Source: Octopus sinensis
Taxonomy: Eukaryota
Reading direction: 5' to 3'
Assembly (NCBI RefSeq): GCF_006345805.1
Contig: NC_043004.1
Location: 3,410,001 to 3,474,000, forward strand
DNA length: 64,000 nt
Shown here: positions 26,516-38,617 of the stretch, in pieces
Position numbering within the stretch: the first letter of the stretch is position 1
Layout: each line of letters opens with the position of its first letter
Notes under the pieces: generated by a model
Database searches by the model: none
Told to the model about the DNA's origin: nothing
What the model saw: the letters and a program-made list of their open reading frames with translations, nothing else
Made by a program: the position numbers and the translations under genes

Positions 26516-26857
26516 TTCGGGACCCCCTCCGGTCACGACCCTGACCATGGGATTGCACCTAGAAAGTTACCCTCCTAGTCACAAGTCCGGGCAAGGTTGT
26601 TTATGGAAGACCAGCAGTCGCCTATGCATACCGGTCTCCCCTCTCCACGTCACCTGTGTTATCCAAGGGAAAGGCAAGGGGGCCAATACAGCTTGGCACT
26701 AGTGACGTCGCAACTCATTTCTACAGCTGAGTTAACTGGAGCAACGTGAAGTAAAGTGTCTTGCTCAAGAACACAACACGCAGCCCGGTACGGGATTCGA
26801 GCTGACAACCTCACGATCGTAAGCTCGACGCTCTAACCACTGAGCCATGTGCCTTCA
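26516..26857 (-). mobile_element. SINE family E, full length (tRNA-Arg-like head with ACG anticodon loop, CORE-like block, unique tail), 16-bp TSD
   Basis: Head GGCACATGGCTCAGTGGTTAGAGCGTCGAGCTTACGATCGTGAGG..CTCGAATCCC; TSD ATGTCGATATGCATTA at 26500-26515 and 26858-26873. Resembles the described octopus tRNA-Arg CORE-SINEs (OR type); assignment not verified. Confidence 0.88.
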
Positions 26858-26955
26858 ATGTCGATATGCATTAATATATATATATATATATAATACGAAT
26901 TCATAAATGTATGAGTAAGTATAAAAGTTGATTGCCTAATTTGAGCTATTTTAAT

Positions 26956-26998
<43 letters not shown>

Positions 26999-27000
26999 AC

Positions 27001-27033
<33 letters not shown>

Positions 27034-27331
27034 ATATGTTATTATATCTATTATATATATATACATATATATAATGTATAAATATACATGTAGATATTTA
27101 TACGTATGTATGAATACATGTGTATGAAATTATATACGAACTTGTAATACGTTTCTCTTTTCAAAAATATGTCAGCTCCGAAACCGATATGCGGCACTAA
27201 CCATTGTTTGTGTGTGCGTGCGTACACGTCCATGCAGGTGGTGTGTATGTATGTGTGTGTGTGTGTGTGTGTGAGTGTGTGATCTTCTCAGCCACTGCTT
27301 CCCATGTGTGTAGGTATGTGTGTGTGTGTAC

Positions 27332-27416
<85 letters not shown>

Positions 27417-27550
27417 AGTGTATACACGTACACACACACACATATATATATAAATACATTAGTCACGTCTATAAATTTGCCTTTAAGTTGTTAAATTGCT
27501 AATAAGCCACCTATATTATATATATAGATAGATAGATAGATAGATAGATA

Positions 27551-27592
<42 letters not shown>

Positions 27593-28881
27593 TATATCCG
27601 TGTAGTTAAGCGACAAGCAAATATGGCGTTCTCATTCACAGTTTATAGTGTTTGTGGAGATTATTAAATTTATTTGACCTTTCAACTCTCACAGCTGCTG
27701 CTGCTGCCTTTGGTTAGCTGGACATATACGACTTACGATCTTGACTCATAACCTACCAGAGCCATATATAAACCACTTGACCAGCAAAGCTAGAAAACCC
27801 CCCATTTAAAGACATAGTTGTGTAATGACAGCACCGAGCTGTGGCGGTGGATCGCGCCAAATATTTTATAAACAAAATATTGAACTGGAAAAACACCATT
27901 ACTGCACACAATGTTTTGGTGTACAATTAATAATAAGCGGGGATCTGCAGGAAAAGAAGAGATATGAATTTCTTTCATTTGTCTCAAGAGATTAGTAATG
28001 GCGACCGGGCTGCTGAAGAGAACAACATAAACCAACTGTTTTAATACTGGCAAACGTCTGCCTTGCAACTGGCTGAGGAATATTTCCCTGGAGCTCTGAA
28101 ATCGTTCTCCCCCATATATCTAGTTATAAACTTAGTAGATATTTCTGATGAATGACCGCTACTTTAGTTGCAACCATTAAAGAAACACGCAGCGTGCGAA
28201 ACTATATCCCAGGAAATGTAACGTAGGAATGGTCGGCTACTCAGGGGAGTGAGAAAGGATATTGTTTCTTGGCAGTTTTGAAACCCAGATGCATTTGCTT
28301 CCTTTTACAAGACGAGGAAATTTCCCATTTAATGTTTAATCGTTCAATATGTTTCGCCAAATATTTGACATAAGAAACACCATCACTGAAATAATAATAA
28401 TAAACATTTCAGAGAGAACCAAAATGGCTTTTGTGCCGATGTTCTTCGTAACTTCATATAGAAAAATACACATGATTTAATAAGTCTCAGGGCTTTCTCT
28501 TCACAAGAATCGATCGAATTCGGCCGTGTGCGTTCTGTAAAAGACTATTGAAAATGAAGACTTTATTGAATTTTATGTAACATTCTAGAGTTTACTTGGT
28601 CTTAATATACTTGCAGGAAGCACTAAAAAACTAATTAGGAATAAATATGAGGGAACAACTCAAAAATATACTTAAAATTTAATGCTATTTTATTTTTCTC
28701 ATTAGCATGGGAGAGCATGTTTCGCTTAATGTATGTAATATCATAGATAGATAGAGAGAGAGAGATGTGTAAGCGAGTGTGTGTGTGGACTTTATATTAC
28801 TTGTATACGTGCAATACATATATAGGCAAACAAAATATGATTTATAACAAGTGGTATTCCTCGAATTACACATAATATACA

Positions 28882-29044
28882 CCGGATTACCCGTGTATAA
28901 GCCGCTCTATTTTATATTTGATATTAACTGAAAAACTAGGGTGCGACTTATACAATATGCAAAGCTAAAACTAGGAAAGGGGAAAATTTTGTGCCAATAT
29001 TTAAGTCCAAATTATGGATGCGATTTATACACGAGTAATTATGT
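28882..29044. mobile_element. pogo/Tigger-type MITE (~163 bp)
   Basis: TIR CCGGATTACCCGTGTATAAGCCGC / GCGATTTATACACGAGTAATTATG, internal GGTGCGACTTATAC repeat, TA at the right flank. Confidence 0.65.
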
Positions 29045-29877
29045 TATATATATATTATTTATGGGATATTGTACGTGAAACACTATTATGTCACCTGAAG
29101 TTTGGCTGATCAGTGCGACGTCTGTTTGTGTGTGTGTATATGTGTGTTTGTGTATCTGTGTGTTTGTGCGCGTGTGTGTAGCATCTGCTCTGTTCCAGAT
29201 TTGAAACCGCTTCTCCACTTTCTTATGAAAGTCTGCAGCTGTTCTACATAGTTAAGTGCAAGTTACCATGCCTCATATAAGAGCCTCATATAAGAATAAT
29301 TTTCAGCAATGCAGATTACTTTTCTTCTCATTGGGTTGTAATTTCAAATGATTAAAAATTATTTTCGACTTAGTAATTAAAGCACTATGGACTGCACTTA
29401 AGTCTATTATTTTTGTCCAGAAGGCACCCTTGAGAAACTTCCACAGGTCTTAATAGCTCCGTGGAAGATTTAGGATGCAGTGGAAAACTCAGCCCAGGGT
29501 GCACTATTTCTTGTAGCAGAAACAGCTGTAAGCTAAAGAAGGTTCTTTTGTCATTCATTAATTGACATTTTGGTCTGTACTCACCTGGTGTTTTACTCTA
29601 GATTATATATTGAATTCTACCAAGTGTTCGCCTGTATTGCTATTCCTCAGCAAAATTACGTAACACACACTCACACACATACACACATAAGAAAATTAAC
29701 CTGTTCTAGTTACGTTTCTGAAGCAAAAAGCAAAAAAGCCACCCCTGGGTCGCAGTTTCATCTCAGTGGTGAATAATTTCATTTTCGGTCTTTATAATTT
29801 GAAATATTTTTAATTTTGGATGATTTTCGCGTTGTTTGTAACTGGTGTCTAATTCTAGCCTTGTATATCTTGGACTA

Positions 29878-30065
29878 TACAGTTCTACATTTAAGAGATG
29901 AGGAATTATGTACATTATTTACTTTATTTACATTTGACGGATATTTGTCCTCATCTTGTTTGTTGTTAACACAACGTTTCGGCTGATATACACTCCAGCC
30001 TTCATCAGGTGTCTTGGGGAAATTTCAAACCTGAGTTCTCATTCCTAAGGTATTTTTCGATGTTA
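29878..30065 (-). mobile_element. Penelope-like/retrozyme-like short repeat carrying a hammerhead
   Basis: Shares its terminus TACAGTTCTA(C/T)ATTTAAGA and body with 25831-26000. Confidence 0.75.
29968..30013 (-). ncRNA. Minimal type I hammerhead ribozyme, intact core
   Basis: GACAC-CTGATGA-A-GGCTG(gagtgtatat)CAGCC-GAA-ACGT-T|GTGTT. Confidence 0.8.
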
Positions 30066-30729
30066 GTCAATATGCATTTCCTCTTTTAAAATCGTAGGAT
30101 ATATTTTGAAGGGAATTTAGCTGGGGGCGAGGGCTCTGCAGATCGATTGACCACGTATATATTTCCTCGCCCCTTCCATATTTGTTGTTGTTGTTCTCTA
30201 GTTTTCCCATGGTTCCTGCTCGACAACAACAAGGCTTCGAGGCTGCAATACTTTGACACGCAGCGCTTCAGTAAAAATCTACGATTGCCTTCCGGGCATA
30301 TTTACTGTCTTACATGAATACTTCTAGTCACTGCTGCTGTCGTGAATTCCAGGGCGGCCATCCGGATATTTCAAATGTTGTTCATTTCATATTATACCAT
30401 GTTGTTCCTCTTGTACGGACACCCGGGTGCACAATTACACCACAATATTTCTGTGAACGTGGTTACTGTCACTATATACATAGTGCCACAACTTTGATAT
30501 TTATAGGTTTCCAATACCTCTTGGACTTCAGACGATAGAAATTTCAACTGAAATTCAACCAGTTTATTGTGACTAATGATCGAATTAAATTCTTACACGA
30601 TTGTTGTCGATTGAAACGATGTCTCTATCGAATATGTTTCCAGCATAAAAAAATACAAATCGACTTTTCATCTTCTAGATCTCTGTTTAACAGTTTATCT
30701 ATTCTATTCATTTATTTATCTTCAATTTA

Positions 30730-30776
30730 ATCACATACAGCTTGTTTCGGAAATTTCACTTTCTCATCAGTGTGAT
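30730..30776 (-). ncRNA. Type I hammerhead ribozyme candidate
   Basis: ATCACA-CTGATGA-GAAA(gtgaaa)TTTC-C-GAA-ACA(agc)TGT-A|TGTGAT; 6-bp perfect stem I. Confidence 0.65.
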
Positions 30777-30939
30777 GTGTTCTGGAGGATGAAGCACTTA
30801 AAAATACTTAAAACAGTTGATAAAATTGTTTAGAAACACTTGAAAAGATATCTGAACACTTCTTGTCTTTTTTAGTTCATAGACAACATTTGAAAACATT
30901 CTAAAAATCCATTAATAAAAATAAATAATGTTCATTTAT

Positions 30940-31110
30940 TTCAAATCACATCATGAGACTTTTTCTGTTGATTTCTGATTCCTTTATGAATCATCACAAA
31001 ATGTTTTTTTTCTTGGTCAAGTTCTTCTAACTCCTTGGCAGAGAGTCTTCCCATTGATATGATAGCTTTGGGAAGGTAAGTATTCAAAGCTTTGCCATAT
31101 CCTTGTACAT
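30940..31110 (-). pseudogene. Decayed R4/Dong-like LINE fragment (post-RT thumb region)
   Basis: KALNTYLP.AII..GRLSAKELEELDQ.K.HFVMIHKG resembles INTWA..WxxDELxxFDRKTRKLL in the 42483-43346 ORF. Confidence 0.55.
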
Positions 31111-31229
31111 GAGAGACTAACGATGTTGCATCACTGTGACACTCGTTACCGAGAATCACGTTCATTGCTGTCATATATGTGTGTGTATATATATTGTTGT
31201 TGTTGCTGTTCTTCTTCTTGTCGTTATTG

Positions 31230-31275
<46 letters not shown>

Positions 31276-31609
31276 ATACATATGAAATTTATTGATTGAA
31301 ACTGGAAGTAAGATATTGTCTTGTGACTCGAGTTTCATGGCTGCAATGCGATGTCTGAGACATGGTAAATGAATGTGAGTGTATGTTTGTATGCGTCTGT
31401 GTGTGGTTGGATAAGACAGAAATTTTTGCTCAACGACTTCATATGCTCAGTTATTCTAGAAACAGCTGTAAGACACTTTACGCTTGATTTCTTAATCTCT
31501 TGCTATAACTATTATGCAATTATGCTTGAATTATAAATTACACACTCTAAAAGGATATCACACAACACACAAGGTGCATTAATTTGACGCCAAGGAAAAA
31601 GGGGAGGAG

Positions 31610-31647
31610 CCTTTGACATTTCGAGCCTACGCTCTTCTACAGAAAAG
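31610..31647 (-). ncRNA. Degenerate minimal hammerhead (A6>U, stem III ACGU>AUGU)
   Basis: CTTTT-CTGTAGA-A-GAGC(gtag)GCTC-GAA-ATGT-C|AAAGG. Confidence 0.5.
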
Positions 31648-32176
31648 AATGAGGAAAGATAACAATGGAGACAGGAAAGAAAATGGGAGATGAGAATTTT
31701 AAAATGTCTCTGAATTAGCAGCTTCGCAGGTTCCTGATAGGGTAGGGGTTCGCACTGGACGCGAACCCCTACCTATCCAAACTTTCGTACTGTAACTTTC
31801 GAAAAATCTCTGGTCCATATGTGTGGTAACTCCAGATATTTCACTGGTGAAACCGGTGTGTAGGTATTTTGAATATTAAAGTATGACATCAGAAGAAGAG
31901 TAACGAATGTTCGTTACCATTGTTTGTGCCACTCTGTTTCCACTCATACTCTAAGTAAATGTTTCCGTGTGGCTAAATATACCGAAGTGGCACTCCACCC
32001 GATTAGCGTTAAGCTGTGCCTCTTTGCATTGTGTGAATTGTATATATTTCGTGTTGTGTCTATGGTTAGTTCCGTAACGCGAGGGGATCCTGTATAACAC
32101 ACCTTGTTCTTTAATCCTAATTATGACACACTGCGATCGCAATATCCCATCCGTAACCATCATGTACGCTTTTATT

Positions 32177-32209
<33 letters not shown>

Positions 32210-32546
32210 ATGTGTGTGTGTGTGTGTGTGTGTGCATATTTCTGAACTTTCATATTACGCTCTATACTTGACTAACGGTTTATTCTTAAGCATTAGCATA
32301 GTGAGTTCTAACATTAGGTTATTAGTATTGCTATATCAAGCCAAATGTTTATAAGTGTGCGTGTCTGTCTGTGTGTTAGTACATACCTACAGTTACCTCT
32401 TGTCTGTCATTCCGATTTTAAGTTTGTGACTTTGGCTTCTATTTCTAGCAGGTCGAGTAATAGTTCTCTCGTCGGCTCAATTTCTGATACTTTATTAGTG
32501 TGTGTTTCTGATTGTATGTCTATGTATACGCACGCACACACACACA

Positions 32547-32592
<46 letters not shown>

Positions 32593-32719
32593 TAAAGAGA
32601 GAGAGAGAGAGAGAGAGAGAAGTATGTACATATGTATATATATATGTATAAATACATACATATATATATATATACATGTACATATACGTACGTACATATA
32701 TGCACACACACACAATCGA

Positions 32720-32767
<48 letters not shown>

Positions 32768-33064
32768 CAAACATTCACGCTTGTATATGTGCATACATAC
32801 ATAGACCCATACATACACATACATATACACGTGCACACAGACATATGCATATGCAATGAATTGGAGAGTAATAGCGAATTGTTTCAGAGGTTAATTATAC
32901 AAATGTTAACTCTCACTTTCCAACAAGGAATTGATGAACTTGCCATGCGCTGCGGTGTGATCAGTGTGTGTGTGTGTGTGTGAGCGCCGGACGACTCTAT
33001 GTCTCTACGTGTGAGCGTGCGTGTGCGTTTGCGAATTATGCGCTAGTGAGTGGCACTAGAGACT

Positions 33065-33095
<31 letters not shown>

Positions 33096-33297
33096 GTGAG
33101 CAATACTCATCATCGTTGCCGTGGGATTCAGACAAACCCATAAATTATTCGAAGTGTTAGAACGGTTGAAGGCTGATGGAAGCATCCTGAGATCACGGCA
33201 TCATCGCATCTACATTCTGCGAATCTCTTCCGTGCCGTCTTGCTTACTTTATACAACTGGTCGACTTTTCACTCATTCATTCATTCATTCATTCTCA

Positions 33298-33356
<59 letters not shown>

Positions 33357-33747
33357 TCTCTCTCTTTCACACCCTCATAGCCAACCATTTATATAGTTTT
33401 CGACTTTCTATGTCAAGTCTTTCTCTTACTCGAGCGAGATGCGTCCGTGTTTACATAGACTCCAACAACCCGTTTGCATTAATTAATCCGCATTCTTCAA
33501 CACTGATCTACACGGGTTGCTTTTCCTCTCTTGCAATGAATCATGTGTGTGTGTCTATGTGCTGTTCGAATGCACGTGTGTGTGTGTGTAGTATTGTCTT
33601 ATATACGTTTGTTTGTTCATTGTCACTGCCATCAAGTCGTTTACGGAAATGTTGGATGCGGGTATGACACTTGTGGATAGTTTAAGAGGGTGAAGAGAAT
33701 TTACTGGGAAGAGAAACGAAGTGTCGCTGCATTGTAAGCGTAGCACC

Positions 33748-33773
33748 TAGTAGTAGTAGTAATGGTGGTGGTG

Positions 33774-33815
<42 letters not shown>

Positions 33816-33944
33816 ATGGTGGTAGTAGTAGTAGTAGTAATGGTGGTAGTAGTAGTAGTAATGGTGGTAGTAATGGTGGTAGTAGTAGTAGTAGTAGTAA
33901 TGGTGGTAGTAATGGTGGTAGTAGTAGTAATTGTAGTAGTAATT

Positions 33945-33975
<31 letters not shown>

Positions 33976-33976
33976 A
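33748..33976. repeat. (GTA/GTG)n repeat with higher-order ATGGTG(GTA)n units
   Basis: Direct reading; source of the poly-V/T/L ORFs. Confidence 0.9.
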
Positions 33977-34544
33977 AGCATCAACTTTAGTTGCGTTCAT
34001 TAAAAGAACTGAGATGAAATGTTTGATTAAAAAGGTGGCCACCACTCACTGGCAAAATCTCTATCATATTCAGGTGGTGTTGAAAGAAACGATTTTCTTG
34101 TTAAATCACTACAAGACTTCGGTGTACTTAAATGAAACTCTGGGACATCTTAATCAAGATTTTGGCCTTATATGTAAAGCCATCACAGTGATTGGGAGCG
34201 TGGAGGAGAAGGGTGGGGGTCCATCTAATACAAATAACTCACTTGCTCATCCCGTTCCTCCACGAAATAGGCCTCATCTTCTGCCAGGTCACACAGACAA
34301 CTTAGAAATGTTTCACATAAAAACCTTACTCTCAAACCGTAATACCCGTTCATTTCTGAATTCAACAACAGAAGTGTTCACTCGAACAACGACCAACGCT
34401 CAAATCACACCTTCAGATTCCACCATACGAGTGTTCACAGCCGAGAATTCGAAGTACAAAGTTACGTTCACGGTTAACGGTAAACTTTTTCTTAATTGAT
34501 TTGCATTTATTTATTGCCGCTGATAACGAAATCATACCATCTTT

Positions 34545-34745
34545 TCTTGTATCTCTTACTTGATTCAGTCATTAGACTGCGGCCATGCTGGAGCACCGCC
34601 CTGAAGAATCTTAGTCGAATGATTCAACCTTAGTACTTATATTTTAAGCCCGGTGCCTATTCTATGGAACCATAAAGTTACGGGGAACGTAAACACACAA
34701 ACACCAGTTGTCAAGTGATGGTGGCGGTCAGAGACAGACACATAT
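34545..34745 (-). mobile_element. SINE-B 3' half
   Basis: Minus strand GGCGGTGCTCCAGCATGGCCGCAGTCTAATGACTGAATC tail. Confidence 0.8.
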
Positions 34746-34755
34746 CAGATAGTTT

Positions 34756-34798
<43 letters not shown>

Positions 34799-35282
34799 TG
34801 TAACAGTTTGACTCAGCCCTGCGTTCAAAGCAGACGACGTGTAAATGGGAACACTCATCTAGAAGAAACAGAGAAAAACACAGGGGAGATAATAAGGGTT
34901 ACAGCCAGCATTACGCATATCAAAAATATTTAAACCAGATGGGATAGACTTAAGATGTGTCCAGTGAGCTGTCTTTAAATCCCGCTATTATGTATTTTTC
35001 TAAATATGGACATAAAGAAAAACATCTCATTCCTGGAACTTAGGCTGTGATTCAAGGTTCTTAAGCTCCTTTTTTTTAAAATAAAGATTTGGAGAGAACA
35101 TATCAAGCATCGTTTGAGCCGTTAATATTGAGCTTGGTCTTGGAAAAAATTTTGTGAGGACGTGGAATCAGCGAAGATTAAGTTCAATGCATTGCAATCA
35201 CACGGTAAATTAGCTGACCGAAACTTCTACGAAGTCACTGTCAATATAATTCTTGTTTAATAATATCAATACTAATAATATA

Positions 35283-35420
35283 AGCGCAGGAGTGGCTGTG
35301 TGGTGAGAAACTTGCTTCCCAACCACATGGGTCCGGGTTCAGTCCCACTGCATGACACGTTGGGAAAATATCTTCTACTATAACCTCGGGCCAACCAAAG
35401 CCTTGTGAGTGGATTTGGTA
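35283..35420 (+). mobile_element. SINE-B 5' half (duplicated at 36598-36735)
   Basis: GCGCAGGAGTGGCTGTGTGGT..GGGTTCAGTCCCACTG..CAAAGCCTTGTGAGTGGATTTGGTA. Confidence 0.85.
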
Positions 35421-35529
35421 TATATATACCGCTGAACTCTACACGTTTTTTTTTTCATTCTCTCTTTGTTTATTTCCTCTTATTGCTTTCTGTTGAGTAG
35501 CAGGTAAAGGAATATATTTATACATATAT

Positions 35530-35897
35530 ACTCTTTTATTTGTTTCAGTCATTTCACTGTGGCCATGCTGGAGTACTGCCTTTAGTCGAGCAAATCGATC
35601 TCAGGACTTATTCTTTGTAAGCCTAGTACTTATTCTATCGGTCTCTTTTGCCGAAACGCTAGGTTATGGGGACGTAAACACACCGCCATCAGTTGTCAAG
35701 CAACACATAAACATATACAAACGTACATACATATATATATATATACGACAGACTTCTTTCAGTTTCCGCTCACAAGGCTTTGGTCGGCTCGAAGCTATAG
35801 TAGACGACACTTGCCCAAGGTGCCACGCAGTGGAACTGAACCCCGAACCATGTGGTTCGTAAGCAAGCTACTTACCACGCAGCCACTCCTACGCCTA
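35530..35897 (-). mobile_element. SINE-B full length (duplicated at ~36845-37214)
   Basis: Head, CORE-like block, internal (TA/CA)n and CAGCATGGCC..GACTGAAAC tail are all present. Confidence 0.88.
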
Positions 35898-37382
35898 TGT
35901 ATAGGTGTAGAAGTGGCTGTGTGGTAAGTAGCTTAGTAAGAAACTACAAAAAATATGTGTATATATGTATATATATATATGTGTATATATATATGTATAT
36001 GTGTGTATATGTATATATATATATGTGTATATATGTATATGTGTGTGTATATATGTATATCTGTGTATATATTATATATATATATATGTGTGTGGTGTGT
36101 GTGTGTGTGTGTTGTGTAACAGTTTGACTCAGCCCTGCGTTCAAAGCAGACGACGTGTAAATGGGAACCTCATCTAGAAGAAACAGAGAAAAACACAGGG
36201 GAGATAATAAGGGTTACAGCCAGCATTACGCATATCAAAAATATTTAAACCAGATGGGATAGACTTAAGATGTGTCCAGTGAGCTGTCTTTAAATCCCGC
36301 TATTATGTATTTTTCTAAATATGGACATAAAGAAAAACATCTCATTCCTGGAACTTAGGCTGTGATTCAAGGTTCTTAAGCTCCTTTTTTTTAAAATAAA
36401 GATTTGGAGAGAACATATCAAGCATCGTTTGAGCCGTTAATATTGAGCTTGGTCTTGGAAAAAATTTTGTGAGGACGTGGAATCAGCGAAGATTAAGTTC
36501 AATGCATTGCAATCACACGGTAAATTAGCTGACCGAAACTTCTACGAAGTCACTGTCAATATAATTCTTGTTTAATAATATCAATACTAATAATATAAGC
36601 GCAGGAGTGGCTGTGTGGTGAGAAACTTGCTTCCCAACCACATGGGTCCGGGTTCAGTCCCACTGCATGACACGTTGGGAAAATATCTTCTACTATAACC
36701 TCGGGCCAACCAAAGCCTTGTGAGTGGATTTGGTATATATATACCGCTGAACTCTACACGTTTTTTTTTTCATTCTCTCTTTGTTTATTTCCTCTTATTG
36801 CTTTCTGTTGAGTAGCAGGTAAAGGAATATATTTATACATATATACTCTTTTATTTGTTTCAGTCATTTCACTGTGGCCATGCTGGAGTACTGCCTTTAG
36901 TCGAGCAAATCGATCTCAGGACTTATTCTTTGTAAGCCTAGTACTTATTCTATCGGTCTCTTTTGCCGAAACGCTAGGTTATGGGGACGTAAACACACCG
37001 CCATCAGTTGTCAAGCAACACATAAACATATACAAACGTACATACATATATATATATATATACGACAGACTTCTTTCAGTTTCCGCTCACAAGGCTTTGG
37101 TCGGCTCGAAGCTATAGTAGACGACACTTGCCCAAGGTGCCACGCAGTGGAACTGAACCCCGAACCATGTGGTTCGTAAGCAAGCTACTTACCACGCAGC
37201 CACTCCTACGCCTATGTATAGGTGTAGAAGTGGCTGTGTGGTAAGTAGCTTAGTAAGAAACTACAAAAAATATGTGTATATATGTATATATATATATGTG
37301 TATATATATATGTATATGTGTGTATATGTATATATATATATGTGTATATATGTATATGTGTGTGTATATATGTATATCTGTG

Positions 37383-37423
<41 letters not shown>

Positions 37424-37543
37424 TTCCTGTCACAACCTGGGACCTTGAAGACTGCTTTAATGAAAGAAAGTAAACTAGTCCCTTAATATTTGATATTCAA
37501 TATTTCATCTATTCAATAAGACAATCAATACTTCATTTCATTT

Positions 37544-37589
<46 letters not shown>

Positions 37590-37749
37590 TATTTGTACCA
37601 TATATTCTATATCCTACATTAATATTATAAAGAATATAAATAAAACGAAAAAAGAGACAGTTGGATTTCTTTGAATAATATATATATATATATATATATG
37701 TGCACACGCACACACATATATATATATATATACATACACATACACACAC

Positions 37750-37822
<73 letters not shown>

Positions 37823-38573
37823 ATATATATGCACTTTATGTTAGATTTAATGCTGGGATTTAGACGCAGTTTGAAACCGGATGAATTCTTCGTGAACCGT
37901 GCGCACACGATACCAGTTGATTAAAACCAAGAGAGAATTAGGATTCTGAAGTGACACCAACACAAAAGCTTTAAAAATCTGTCCGTGCCAACATCACTGA
38001 ATCAAATGGGTTTTTTTCTCCTTGTTTTTTGCTCTGCTTTGTCTTTTTTTTATCGCTTTTGTCGTTGTTTTTCCTTGGTGTAGGACAGGCTTTCATTTCT
38101 TACAGAAGCAAGTAAACAATTTAGCCAATCATCCCAGAGGGACGACCGTGTCTTTTATTTCGATGATTGCAAATCTTCTTTAAATTTTCGTTCTTTTTCA
38201 TGTCATTCTTTTCACAGTTTCTTCTTTATAACCATTTAAGTCATTTTCTCGTTTATTTCAACTATTACTCTCTTTTCTTTTCTCTTTCTCTTCATCTCTC
38301 ATATTCTCCCCTCTCTCTTCCTTTCTCTCTCTCTCTCTCTCTCTCGCTCTCTCATCGTTCTATTCACTCACTCTCTAACCATAAAACTACCCTCTTTCGA
38401 GAAGAAAAAAAATGACAAAATTTTGTGCTGCAAAAACGTGTGTCTGTGTGATGGAGGAATAAATAAAGAACCTTTCATGTGCCAAACGATGGCTTACATC
38501 TAACTTAACGAAACATCAAAACATGCTAGTGCCAAATAACGACGATGACAACAGCAACAACAACAATAATAAA

Positions 38574-38617
<44 letters not shown>

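Larger units (their letters stand above)
34801..37420. repeat. Near-identical tandem duplication, unit about 1316 bp (34801-36116 and 36117-~37420)
   Basis: Both units start TAACAGTTTGACTCAGCC; the differences I saw are a 1-nt indel and microsatellite length; (TG)n at all three junctions. Confidence 0.95.

Noticed and set aside
26790-26857. tRNA-Arg-like sequence (also the heads of SINE families A, B, D and F)
   Set aside because: A/B boxes are present but the acceptor stem does not close and it continues into a SINE body with TSDs; not a tRNA gene
33701-34045. Minus-strand mucin-like poly-Thr ORF with a hydrophobic start
   Set aside because: Starts at GTG and the Thr tract is simply the (TAC/CAC)n repeat
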